Shown one piece after another: positions 53,562-63,031 of a stretch of DNA of 63,713 bases (position 1 is the stretch's first letter; each line of letters opens with the position of its first letter). A program made the position numbers and the translations under genes. The DNA lies in NCBI GenBank assembly GCA_963601025.1, contig CAVCDR010000034.1:1-63713 (forward strand), given 5' to 3'. The stretch is from Agathobacter sp. GTDB taxonomy: Bacteria > Bacillota_I > Bacilli_A > Erysipelotrichales > Erysipelotrichaceae. The notes under the pieces are model-generated. The model did not search any database and had not been told where the DNA came from. It worked only from the letters and a program-made list of their open reading frames with translations.

Positions 53562-54669
53562 ATTTTTCAATATCCTCCTTTAAACAATCTATAAAATAAT
53601 CTATCTCTTCCTTTGTATTACTATAATCAAACGAAACTCTTAAAGCTTTATCTTCATCTATATTTAAGCTTTGTAAAGTACGATTATTCTCATTTTTTCT
53701 TGAACCACAAGTAGATTTGCTTGAAACCATAATATCTCTAGCATTTAAAGCATTTAATTCTACTTCACTAAAAATAGGCGTACTAATATTGATAAGATTT
53801 GCTACACCATTATATGGTGAATTAATTGTAACACCATCAATTTCATTTGCCTTTAAATAAAAATAATCTTTTAATTCTTGAATATAGGCTACTTCTTTAT
53901 TTTTATTTTCTAAGGCGATTCTAAGTGTCTTCGCTAAAACGATATTACTTAAAGCATTACTTGTGCCACCTCTTATGCCCTGTTCTTGTTGACCACCAGA
54001 AATAAGAGGAATAAGATTAACATGTTTTTTCTTAATAAGCGCACCACTACCCTTTAAGCCATGAATCTTATGGGCTGAAAAGCTAGCCATATCAACATCC
54101 TTTAAATCGATATCTACTTTACCTATACCTTGAGTAATATCGGTATGAAAATAAGTACCTGAATGTTTTTTTACAATCTCTTTAATAGCATTTATATCAT
54201 TAATAGAACCTATTTCATTGTTTACTAACATGATACTTACTAGTAAAGTATCATCTCTTAAATTCTTTAAAACATCATTTGGATCGATTACACCATCTTC
54301 ATTAGGTTTTAGATAAGTTACATCAAAACCAAAGACTTCTTCTAATTGCTTAAAACTATTATAAACACTTGAATGTTCATAGATTGAAGTAATTACATGT
54401 CTCTTTTTTTGATTATTTAAACATAAACCCTTGATTGCCAAGCTATTTGCCTCACTGGCACCACTGGTAAAAATAATCTCATCTTTTTCTACACCCAACA
54501 TCTTACTAATGTTTAAGCGTGCTTTTTCTTGCATATTATAGACAGTGACGCCATCATCATATAGCGCATCACTATTACAATAATATTTATCCAAAAGATC
54601 CTTATAAGTATTTAATACCTCTTTGTTTAAAGAGGTAGTAGAAACGTTATCAAAATATATTTTATTCAC
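53554..54669 (-). CDS. Cysteine desulfurase (NifZ/IscS-type, ThiI partner)
   Basis: 371 aa. PLP-Lys motif SFSAHKIHGLKG and active-site Cys region SSKSTCGS. GTG start overlapping the ezrA stop. Confidence 0.85.
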   Translation of the reverse strand: MNKIYFDNVSTTSLNKEVLNTYKDLLDKYYCNSDALYDDGVTVYNMQEKARLNISKMLGVEKDEIIFTSGASEANSLAIKGLCLNNQKKRHVITSIYEHSSVYNSFKQLEEVFGFDVTYLKPNEDGVIDPNDVLKNLRDDTLLVSIMLVNNEIGSINDINAIKEIVKKHSGTYFHTDITQGIGKVDIDLKDVDMASFSAHKIHGLKGSGALIKKKHVNLIPLISGGQQEQGIRGGTSNALSNIVLAKTLRIALENKNKEVAYIQELKDYFYLKANEIDGVTINSPYNGVANLINISTPIFSEVELNALNARDIMVSSKSTCGSRKNENNRTLQSLNIDEDKALRVSFDYSNTKEEIDYFIDCLKEDIEKYG

Positions 54670-56372
54670 TAAGCATTCTCCAAATATCCATTATCCTTTT
54701 TATTAGGGAATAATTTTTCCATACAAGCTATCGCCATCGTTAAAGCCTTAGTATATTCACCATTTAAGTAAGAAAATTCCGCCTTTGATAAATCACGTTC
54801 AACTTCAGGATAAGTAGAACGATACTTATTACCAAAGACAATGGCGTTTTCTACCATAATAGCCATGCCCACGATGTTGTTGACATTATTATAGAATTTG
54901 TAAATAAAATCAATCGCCTCATCAAGAGTAGTATTAAGCTCTTCAATATTAATTGGAACAGCCGATAATAGATTCTTAATCTTTTCAATTCTTTGTTTAC
55001 TAGCAACCAAATCATCATGATAAGAATTAGCTATTGTAGGTAAATGATACTCTAACACTTTAACTTCAACTTCATTTAAAACGACTTGAAGTTTCATAAG
55101 TTGAGCCTTAGCGCGCTTTTCATCACTAGTATTTTTATCAAAACTAGCTTTATAAGAGCTTAACTTTTCAATATCAAGATTAGCCTTTTCTAGTATTGTA
55201 TTGCCTTGTTTTAAAAGCTCGCTGCTAGGCTTATTATTATCCGCAAGATCCTCATTAAAAGCTATATAGTCAGCCTTAAGAGAAGCTAAATGTTCTTCAG
55301 CTTCCTTAATATAGGCATCAATATTCTCAATGCCAAATCTTTCTTTATCCTTTTTATAAGCACCACTTACATAATTATGCAAAGAAGAAAGCTCATTTAA
55401 ACTCTTAGTGATAGTATCACCAATATTTTTTACATCACCATAGCACTTATTTTCATAATCAAGTTCACCAAGTAAAGTATTTAGTTTTTCTTTTTGAACA
55501 ATAGCGTTTCCTTCAACATTGCCTAAATCTCCTTCGCTTAATACCTTAACGTCTTCACTAACACTACTTGAAATCTCATTAAGACGTTCATCGATATTTA
55601 AATGCTTTGTATAAACACCCCTTTGTCTAGTTAAGGCATATTTACGATTAGCTTCATCAATTAAAGCTGGGATAACACCCTTTGTATCTTTAATAAGAGA
55701 AGGAATCTTTAATACGCAATCTCTAATATCAACCATTGAATCTTTAATCTTTAGTAAGCAATCCCAAGAATCAGCATAATCGTTGATATACATATATTCT
55801 TCACTACTAGAAAATAAATCTTCAACTTTTTCAATCTTCTTTTTTATGCCATCATAGGCGATAGAAAGACTATTAGAATTTTGACCAACATATAATTTTA
55901 AATCTCTAAATTGTTCCTTTAAACGCGAGCTTGTATCTCTTTGATCATTCTCTTTTTCTTGGAATTTTTCCAAGAATTTATCAATATCCGCAACTTCTTT
56001 TTCACTATCTTCAATATTTTCTAAGGCAATCTTTAAAGCACTTTTTGCATCTCTATATTTTCTTGAAGAAACATCATCTTCAATATTTTCAAGCATATCA
56101 GAAATCTGATCAATATGTCTTTGGGCTTCTTCATACTTTTCATAATAAACTTTAACTTCCTCAGCTGTATCATTGTTTCTTTTAGCCATAGCTTGAGCCT
56201 TAGAAAGTTTAAAGGCCAAAGGAACGGTCTTAACAGCGTTAAAACGGACATTTAGGTCACTAATATCCTTTTTTAAATTAGATTTTTTAGTATTATTTAT
56301 TAATATGATAATTATAATCAAGGCAACCAGTGCCAAGCCAGCGATAATTAATAATTTATATTGATCAGTCAT
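54669..56372 (-). CDS. ezrA: Septation ring formation regulator EzrA
   Basis: 567 aa with an N-terminal TM span and long coiled-coil repeats. ezrA-nifZ-thiI synteny as in Bacillus. Confidence 0.85.
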   Translation of the reverse strand: MTDQYKLLIIAGLALVALIIIIILINNTKKSNLKKDISDLNVRFNAVKTVPLAFKLSKAQAMAKRNNDTAEEVKVYYEKYEEAQRHIDQISDMLENIEDDVSSRKYRDAKSALKIALENIEDSEKEVADIDKFLEKFQEKENDQRDTSSRLKEQFRDLKLYVGQNSNSLSIAYDGIKKKIEKVEDLFSSSEEYMYINDYADSWDCLLKIKDSMVDIRDCVLKIPSLIKDTKGVIPALIDEANRKYALTRQRGVYTKHLNIDERLNEISSSVSEDVKVLSEGDLGNVEGNAIVQKEKLNTLLGELDYENKCYGDVKNIGDTITKSLNELSSLHNYVSGAYKKDKERFGIENIDAYIKEAEEHLASLKADYIAFNEDLADNNKPSSELLKQGNTILEKANLDIEKLSSYKASFDKNTSDEKRAKAQLMKLQVVLNEVEVKVLEYHLPTIANSYHDDLVASKQRIEKIKNLLSAVPINIEELNTTLDEAIDFIYKFYNNVNNIVGMAIMVENAIVFGNKYRSTYPEVERDLSKAEFSYLNGEYTKALTMAIACMEKLFPNKKDNGYLENA

Positions 56373-56431
56373 AATACTCCTACCTACCCTAAAACTAGTT
56401 TAATTTTACTATCAAAAGGCCTTTATTTCAA

Positions 56432-56613
56432 TTGACTAGCACTAAAGGATTTGGTAACATTAAAAGGCAGTTTAGTGCGCATGTAAAGTTTTATGGAAGC
56501 GCGTTAATAACCCAAGGGTATATGAGTAGTCTAGCGTAATGGATGAAAATTGTATATTAACACATCCAAAAAATGATTTACACCTCTAACTGATTGCTAC
56601 AGGAGGAAAAAAT
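56432..56613 (+). promoter_or_regulatory. rpsD promoter and about 150-nt 5' leader (candidate S4 autoregulatory leader)
   Basis: TTGACT-17-TAACAT (56432-56460), then a long untranslated leader ending in AGGAGGAAAAAATATG. S4 autoregulation through the leader is known in Bacillus; the structure was not verified here. Confidence 0.4.
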
Positions 56614-57219
56614 ATGGCAAGAAATACTGGACCAGTATGGCGTATATCTCGTCGTCTTAACTTCTCTATCCTAGAAACAGGAAAAGAATTAAGTAGAAGA
56701 GCTTATATCCCAGGTCAACATGGTAGTGCATCTAAGAGAATCAAACTTAGTAACTACGGTTTACAACAAGCTGAAAAGCAAAAGATCAGAAACTTATACG
56801 GTCTAAATGAAAAACAATTCTACAACACTTACTTAAGAGCTAGTAAGATGGAAGGTGTTACTGGTACTAACTTATTAGTTCTATTAGAATCTAGACTAGA
56901 TAACTTAGTATACAGAATGGGCTTCGCTAGAACTAGACGTGGTGCTAGACAATTAGTTAACCATGGTCATATCCTAGTAAATGGTAAGAAGGTTGATATC
57001 GCAAGTGCTAGAATTCAACCTGGTTCTACTATTGAAGTTAAAGAATCTTCTAGAAATATGGCAAGTATCGCTGAAGCTCTAGAAGCAAACGTTTCATTTA
57101 AGGATTACGTTGAAGTAGATAAAGACAACAAGAAAGGTAAATTTGTAAGACTTCCTGAAAGAAAAGAATTAAACCAAGAAGTAAACGAACTACTAGTTGT
57201 CGAATACTATTCAAGATAA
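56614..57219 (+). CDS. rpsD: 30S ribosomal protein S4
   Basis: 201 aa. MARNTGPVWRISRRLNFS N-terminus and an S4 RNA-binding domain. Confidence 0.95.
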   Translation: MARNTGPVWRISRRLNFSILETGKELSRRAYIPGQHGSASKRIKLSNYGLQQAEKQKIRNLYGLNEKQFYNTYLRASKMEGVTGTNLLVLLESRLDNLVYRMGFARTRRGARQLVNHGHILVNGKKVDIASARIQPGSTIEVKESSRNMASIAEALEANVSFKDYVEVDKDNKKGKFVRLPERKELNQEVNELLVVEYYSR

Positions 57220-57233
57220 TAGAATTTGATCTT

Positions 57234-57260
57234 AAAAGCCAAGATAATTCTTGGCTTTTT
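57234..57260 (+). terminator. rpsD intrinsic terminator
   Basis: AAAAGCCAAG-ATAATT-CTTGGCTTTT followed by T. Confidence 0.75.
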
Positions 57261-57276
57261 CTATGTTTATAATTTA

Positions 57277-57561
57277 AAATCCTCGCTTGCACATGAAGGC
57301 TGTTTTTGATTAAGGATAAATCATCACATGCTTACATGAAGCGTTTTATTAGACAACATGGATCATACGATAGAGATAATCTACAGAATTGGATGAATCT
57401 ATTCTATTTCATTGTGAATGATCCTAAAGATAAATATGATAAGGTACTAAAATTTATAGAATTAGCCATAAATTCACCAAAAAGAGTGAAATATAGAGAT
57501 GTAATGTGCAAAAAGGCCATGAATTCAACAACTCATAGCCTTCATGTGCAAGTGAGGATTT
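57277..57561. mobile_element. 285-bp IS remnant / MITE-like element bounded by 25-bp terminal inverted repeats
   Basis: Left end AAATCCTCGCTTGCACATGAAGGCT (57277-57301). The reverse complement of the right end (57537-57561) is AAATCCTCACTTGCACATGAAGGCT, a 24/25 match. The interior encodes only a transposase C-terminus. Confidence 0.6.
57297..57536 (+). pseudogene. C-terminal remnant of a DDE transposase (IS1595/ISXO2-like pattern)
   Basis: The frame opens exactly at the left IR. ...SSHAYMKRFIRQHGSYDRDNLQNWMNLFYFIVN... resembles the conserved C-terminal block of ISXO2-like transposases, but the catalytic DDE region is absent. The track ORF 57306..57692 continues as antisense read-through of the mazG-like gene. 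Confidence 0.4.
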
Positions 57562-57898
57562 ATAATTTATTATATTTAGCGCTATTACCATATGCCTTAG
57601 AAATAGGATACTTCTTATTATTTAAAGCATTCTTTTCTAATAAGATTTCATCTAAATCAAGGCCACATACATCAGCCAACAAAATAGAATAATTAAGCAC
57701 ATCCGCAAGTTCTTCCTTAATCTTATCAATCTTGCCTTCATACCCTACATCGCTACCACTCCATTGGAATATTTCCAATAGTTCACTAGCTTCTAAATTA
57801 ATTGAAATAGCTAAGTCCTTGGCATTATGAAATTGTTTCCAATTACGATCATCTCTAAATTTTAATATTTCCTTTATCGTCTCTTCCTTTATCTGCAT
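57560..57898 (-). CDS. MazG-like nucleotide pyrophosphohydrolase
   Basis: ILKFRDDRNWKQFHNAKDLAISINLEASELLEIFQW and ELADVLNYSILLAD motifs. Start placed at ATG 57898 behind AAGGAGAG. Confidence 0.8.
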   Translation of the reverse strand: MQIKEETIKEILKFRDDRNWKQFHNAKDLAISINLEASELLEIFQWSGSDVGYEGKIDKIKEELADVLNYSILLADVCGLDLDEILLEKNALNNKKYPISKAYGNSAKYNKL

Positions 57899-57923
57899 AA
57901 CTCTCCTTATAAAAAATGAATGA

Positions 57924-58490
57924 CTAAGCATCCATTTCCTTTTTAATTATTTTAATAACTTCATCTACTGTTTTATCAACATCTTCATTAACCACATGAT
58001 ATTTATAAACTTCACCAGACTCAATTTCTTTTCTAGCCGCATCAACCCTCTTGTTTATGGTCTCCTCTTTTTCTGTTCCCCTACCAACAAGTCTGTCTTT
58101 TAAATCATCTAGACTAGGTGGCAAAACAAAGATACTAACGGCATCAGGACATTTTCCCATTACTTGAAGTCCACCTTGAACATCAATTTCCAATAGTACA
58201 TTAAATCCTTCGTTGCGTTTTTGTTCAACATAATCTTTAGGTGTACCATAGTAGTTTTCAACATATTTGGCATGTTCTAGAAAGCTATCTTCTGAAATTG
58301 CCTTTTCAAATTCTTCTTTAGTGACAAAGAAATAATCCTTGCCATCAACTTCTCCATCCCTAGCAGACCTAGTAGTCATGGAAACTGAAAAAACTAGATT
58401 TAATTCTTCATTTTCAAGCACCTTATGTAAAACGGTACTCTTACCAACGCCACTTGGCCCACTATATACAATAAGTAATCCCTTTTTCAT
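57924..58490 (-). CDS. gmk: Guanylate kinase
   Basis: 188 aa. P-loop GPSGVGKST and TTRSARDGEVDGKDYFFV. Confidence 0.95.
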   Translation of the reverse strand: MKKGLLIVYSGPSGVGKSTVLHKVLENEELNLVFSVSMTTRSARDGEVDGKDYFFVTKEEFEKAISEDSFLEHAKYVENYYGTPKDYVEQKRNEGFNVLLEIDVQGGLQVMGKCPDAVSIFVLPPSLDDLKDRLVGRGTEKEETINKRVDAARKEIESGEVYKYHVVNEDVDKTVDEVIKIIKKEMDA

Positions 58491-58567
58491 AATATCAATA
58501 TTGTACTACTAAAATTCTATGTTTAATAAACAAGTGAAAAGCCTCATCTTTTTTATATAATTAAGAC

Positions 58568-60187
58568 ATGGCAATCGATGGAATTATATTAAGTAAGGTA
58601 AAAGATAATCTATGTGATCACTTACCAATTAGAATCAATAAAATTAACTCTACTTCTGATACAGAAGTTATCTTTAATGTGCACTCTAACAAGATACGTA
58701 CTAATCTAGTAATATCTTTACATAGCGTCTACAATCATATTTCTTTATCAAATAAAAGTTATACTGACTTTGAAGAACCATCAACCTTTGTAATGGTTTT
58801 AAGAAAGCATATTACTAATGGCATAATCACTAAAATTGGACAATTTGATTATGATCGCTATTTATTGTTGCATATTAGAGCGCTTAATGATATCTATGAT
58901 GAAAAAGAATATATCTTAAGTGTAGAATTAATGGGTAAATATGCCAATCTTATCTTAGTGGATAAAGAAAACAATAAGATAATTGATGCCATGAAGAAGA
59001 TTCCACCATATTTAAACAATAAGCGTACAATCTTACAAGGTGCTCTTTTTACTTTACCTGATAAACAAAATAAAAAGGACCCCTATTTTGATTTAGATGT
59101 TAATTTTGATGAATCTTTAGTAAAACAAGTGGCCGGCTTTTCTAAACAATTAGAAAACGAAATTAGATATCTTAAAGAAAGCATGGAATATAAAGATATC
59201 ATTGAAAAGATTAAACAATCTGATAAATTATATATTTGTGAAAATAGCGATTATCATGTAATTCCTTTGACATACCTAAATCAAACATATAAAGAATATG
59301 AGATAAATGAAGGATTTGATGTCTTATACTATCAAGTCAATGAAAAAGAAAGAATTAAAACAGTTACTGAAGACATCAATAAATTTGTTAAAAGACAAAT
59401 AAAACACTTTGATAATAAACTCGTAAAGTTAAGACAATCTCTTGAAGATTCACTAAATTTAGATGAAGATAAGGAAAATGGCGACTTATTATTTACTTAT
59501 TCTGATTTAGATAAAAAAGGCTTAAAAGAAATAGAAGTAGTAGATTATAGTGAAAATAAGAAGACTATTAAATTAGATCCTAAATTGACAATTAAACAAA
59601 ATGCCAATAAATACTACAATTGCTATTCTAAAAAAAGAAAGGGCAAAGTCTATATTGAGGAACAAATTCAAATTGCGGAAAATGAGCTTGAGTATTTTAA
59701 TGCCTTAAGTGAACAATTGGAAATAGCCTCTTATAATGATGCCCTAGAAATTAAAAATGAATTAATAAAATATGGCTATTTAAGAAAAAAGAATAGTAAA
59801 TTAAAGAAACATAAAAAGATTAATCTATATCAAGTAAAAATAGGCGATAATACTATCACTTTTGGTAAGAATAATACGCAAAACGATTATCTTACTTTTG
59901 AATTTGCCAAAAGCAATTATACTTGGTTTCACACCAAAGATTTTCATGGTAGTCACTTAGTAGTTGATAGCGATAATCCAAGTGAAGAAATAATTAGAGC
60001 ATGTGCTAATTTAGCGGCCTATTTTTCTAAAGGTCGATATTCAAGTAGCGTTCCCGTTAATTATTGTCTTGCGAAAAACGTCAAAAAAATTAAGGGCGCT
60101 AAACCTGGTTTTGTATCAATAAAAAATTATAAAACAATCTATATAGACCCTATATTAAATGAAGAAATTAAAATTATTTCAATCTAA
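58568..60187 (+). CDS. rqcH: Ribosome quality control factor RqcH (NFACT / FbpA family)
   Basis: 539 aa. NFACT-N, a coiled-coil middle and the NFACT-R motif WFHTKDFHGSHLVV. Confidence 0.8.
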   Translation: MAIDGIILSKVKDNLCDHLPIRINKINSTSDTEVIFNVHSNKIRTNLVISLHSVYNHISLSNKSYTDFEEPSTFVMVLRKHITNGIITKIGQFDYDRYLLLHIRALNDIYDEKEYILSVELMGKYANLILVDKENNKIIDAMKKIPPYLNNKRTILQGALFTLPDKQNKKDPYFDLDVNFDESLVKQVAGFSKQLENEIRYLKESMEYKDIIEKIKQSDKLYICENSDYHVIPLTYLNQTYKEYEINEGFDVLYYQVNEKERIKTVTEDINKFVKRQIKHFDNKLVKLRQSLEDSLNLDEDKENGDLLFTYSDLDKKGLKEIEVVDYSENKKTIKLDPKLTIKQNANKYYNCYSKKRKGKVYIEEQIQIAENELEYFNALSEQLEIASYNDALEIKNELIKYGYLRKKNSKLKKHKKINLYQVKIGDNTITFGKNNTQNDYLTFEFAKSNYTWFHTKDFHGSHLVVDSDNPSEEIIRACANLAAYFSKGRYSSSVPVNYCLAKNVKKIKGAKPGFVSIKNYKTIYIDPILNEEIKIISI

Positions 60188-62776
60188 CATATGATCTAAT
60201 AGATGTTTGTGTCTTCTTCTAATTAAACAATTACTGATAATGGTAATACTACCAAAAACAATAATGCCAATTAAAATTATGCCTTGGGTAAAGATATAAT
60301 TTGTATCTGGATCATCATTTAAGCTACTTAAGTTCTCTTCATAATTTTCTAGATTGTAAGTATTTACACTATCCTTGCTAAGTAAAACGAAAGTACTATC
60401 CAAGTTATTATCACTAATAAATTTAACACTGTCTTCAGTTTGAATAGTACGACATTTTATAATGTTGTCACCTTCTACCTTATAGACACTATAAATTTTA
60501 TTGACACTCTTATTTTCCGGCTTAATAGAGTAAACCATTTGGCCAGAGCTATTTACTTTATGATAATTTAGATAAAAGCTAACCTTAAAGCTATCTTCAT
60601 AGCTTAAACCGTATCCTTCAATCACATCCTTAACATTACTAGATATTGAGGACTTATTAATCTTTATATAATACGTATCTAAAAAACTATGGGTACTTTT
60701 ATTGCTTGCAAGATTTAAACCAACGCCCGATAATGAAAGACCATAATCATTATCATAAATATGATACTTATAGTAACGATGATATGATTTAAGCAATATC
60801 GCATCTAATGTTCTTAGACTATCAAAGCCTAAATCAACATCACTGCCACTAATCTTCTTTAATTCATCAATATTATAAGAGCCATCCTTTTGATAAGACT
60901 CAATATTTCTTTTAATAAGTGAAGTTAAATCATCACTATCGCTACTATAGACATCTGTCAAAATGCTTACACCATGATAAGTAATTTGTATTTTATTTTC
61001 ACTAGAAGAAACCATATCACTATTAACTTGTACAACTTTATTTGAATTATCACTATAATGTACTCTAATCGTACAACTTTGATAATTATCAAGTGAGCAC
61101 ATGTCATCTTCCATCTCAATAGAATCAATGCCTACATAATTTAAATATAGTTTGTCATCTTCAATGTAAGCATCCTTATATTCATAATTATCAAAGCTTG
61201 GTATATATAAAACTTGTTCACTATCTTTTAAAGCATTTATTGTATATATGCCATTTTCAACATTTGTATAATAAGTAATACTTTCAACATCATTTTCATG
61301 CATCTTGTCACTATTAAAAATAATATTAAAGATATCTTTATTTACATAAGCCACACTTTCCTTAAAATCATATTTATAGTCATCATTAAAACTATAATCA
61401 AGTTGAACCTTATAAGAATTATCATTCTCGCCCAATATAATTAAAGAAAATTCACCAATATCACTTAATGTATATAATTGGTTATTCAATTCTTCATCTT
61501 TATAAAATTTAATTGAAGCATTATTACTTATGCCAAAACAATAATTATTCTTATCCTTATAGCCTAAAGCCTTATCTAAAAGATAATAATTAGACGCAAC
61601 CTTTTCACCATAGTTAGGATCTTGAGCATAATTCAAACTAATGCCACCAAGTTTATTACCTAAATAGTTACCGGCATATAAGTTATTACGATAGTTACTA
61701 AAGCGATCAGAAACATAATATTTACTATAAGAGCTTATACTATTAGCTATTGAAGTATAACGTTTGTTATCTCTTTCGATATCGTTATCATATGCAGCAA
61801 GTGCAAATAAGTTATTAGAAACAAAACTGTTATATGATTTACCACTAGAACTTTCTAAGTTGGCGGTCGAAAGTAACATCAACGCATTTGTTCCATATAT
61901 GTTTTGATTGACAAAGAAGTTACTCAATTCACCATAATATTGGCTAGAATTCACCACATCATTTGCCCCATCATGAGCCTTATCATCAAACGACAATACT
62001 CTTGAATTAATATTTAAAGTATTGTAATAATAATCTTCTATTTCGCCTAGATTGTAATTAGTAAGACTACGATAACTTAAATATTGATAATAATTATAGT
62101 AAGGATTATCACTATTAATCGCATTTTCATATGTTTCATTATTATAGTCATCAATCATCTTTTTAAAGTCATCATAAAAGTAATGACCATCATAACTATA
62201 GTAATAAGTATCATCATTTAAATAATCTAATTTATCATCTATTGCATAAGAATTTAGATAATCGCTATCAAATTGGGTTCTAACCAAATGATTAAAAGTT
62301 CCATCCGTATTAATATAACTAGAAACTCTTAAATTAAGGCTGTCAATTGGATGCAACAAAACATCATCGCTACTAGTATAGCCAATATCGCCGCCAACTT
62401 TAAAATAAGCTCTACTTGCATCACTACTAGAATATAGATAGGCCCCATCTTTCATATAGCAGGCATTAATTGATGATTTATTTTTTCTTATAGTTGAAGT
62501 ATATTCAATATTTAAGCTGCAGCTATCGTTACTCTTAAATTCCACAACGCCATATTCCATCTTTAAAACGGTTTCACCATAATAAAGAACTAGATTATCA
62601 TATTCTTCAACGTTATCGTTGTAATAATTGTTTGCACTACTATAATTATCAAAAGAAGCGATTATCTCATCTTTTCCATCATCTTTTACATAGTAATCAT
62701 CTTCCCCATATACATCCTTAGAAGAAACAAGGAAAATAAATAATAAACTAAAAATAATCTTAATAAACTTTTTCAC
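60179..62776 (-). CDS. Secreted, C-terminally membrane-anchored Tyr/Asn/Asp-rich protein with a GH73 (N-acetylglucosaminidase-type) peptidoglycan hydrolase domain
   Basis: GTG start with signal peptide MKKFIKIIFSLLFIFLVSSKDVYG. Central GTNALMLLSTANLESSSGKS...NNLFALAAYD...YAQDPNYGEKV matches GH73 blocks (A-x-ES-G-x-G-x-S, NNLFGI, YATDPxY). C-terminal TM span plus RRRHK. Confidence 0.7.
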   Translation of the reverse strand: MKKFIKIIFSLLFIFLVSSKDVYGEDDYYVKDDGKDEIIASFDNYSSANNYYNDNVEEYDNLVLYYGETVLKMEYGVVEFKSNDSCSLNIEYTSTIRKNKSSINACYMKDGAYLYSSSDASRAYFKVGGDIGYTSSDDVLLHPIDSLNLRVSSYINTDGTFNHLVRTQFDSDYLNSYAIDDKLDYLNDDTYYYSYDGHYFYDDFKKMIDDYNNETYENAINSDNPYYNYYQYLSYRSLTNYNLGEIEDYYYNTLNINSRVLSFDDKAHDGANDVVNSSQYYGELSNFFVNQNIYGTNALMLLSTANLESSSGKSYNSFVSNNLFALAAYDNDIERDNKRYTSIANSISSYSKYYVSDRFSNYRNNLYAGNYLGNKLGGISLNYAQDPNYGEKVASNYYLLDKALGYKDKNNYCFGISNNASIKFYKDEELNNQLYTLSDIGEFSLIILGENDNSYKVQLDYSFNDDYKYDFKESVAYVNKDIFNIIFNSDKMHENDVESITYYTNVENGIYTINALKDSEQVLYIPSFDNYEYKDAYIEDDKLYLNYVGIDSIEMEDDMCSLDNYQSCTIRVHYSDNSNKVVQVNSDMVSSSENKIQITYHGVSILTDVYSSDSDDLTSLIKRNIESYQKDGSYNIDELKKISGSDVDLGFDSLRTLDAILLKSYHRYYKYHIYDNDYGLSLSGVGLNLASNKSTHSFLDTYYIKINKSSISSNVKDVIEGYGLSYEDSFKVSFYLNYHKVNSSGQMVYSIKPENKSVNKIYSVYKVEGDNIIKCRTIQTEDSVKFISDNNLDSTFVLLSKDSVNTYNLENYEENLSSLNDDPDTNYIFTQGIILIGIIVFGSITIISNCLIRRRHKHLLDHMLD

Positions 62777-62797
62777 ATGTTAAATTGTACTATGATT

Positions 62798-63031
62798 TTA
62801 ATAAATAGAAAGAGTGATAAAGTTATAGAAATTGTAATTGCTTAAAGAAACATCCTTTCTTAAGGCCATATTTTTACTTTCATCATAAATAAATTTATCT
62901 TCAATATCACCAATATCGTATATATCTTTTAATAATTTGAAGTTGGCAACAAATGATAAACGCTTATCAAACACTGCCTCAAATACTTCATTATTTCTTA
63001 CAAGTTTAAACCTTAATATAATACTATTCAT
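62798..63031 (-). CDS. YukD/EsaB-like small ubiquitin-fold protein (tentative)
   Basis: 77 aa. ATG 63031 overlaps the upstream gene's stop by 8 nt. Size, alternating hydrophobic beta pattern and the ...DVSLSNYNFYNFITLSIY tail resemble EsaB/YukD. No search was run. Confidence 0.45.
   Translation of the reverse strand: MNSIILRFKLVRNNEVFEAVFDKRLSFVANFKLLKDIYDIGDIEDKFIYDESKNMALRKDVSLSNYNFYNFITLSIY

Noticed and set aside
57306-57692. The track's 128-aa ORF as an intact gene
   Set aside because: Only the first ~75 codons resemble a transposase C-terminus. The remainder is antisense read-through of the mazG-like CDS beyond the right inverted repeat. It also begins at TTG with no SD, so it was called a remnant.
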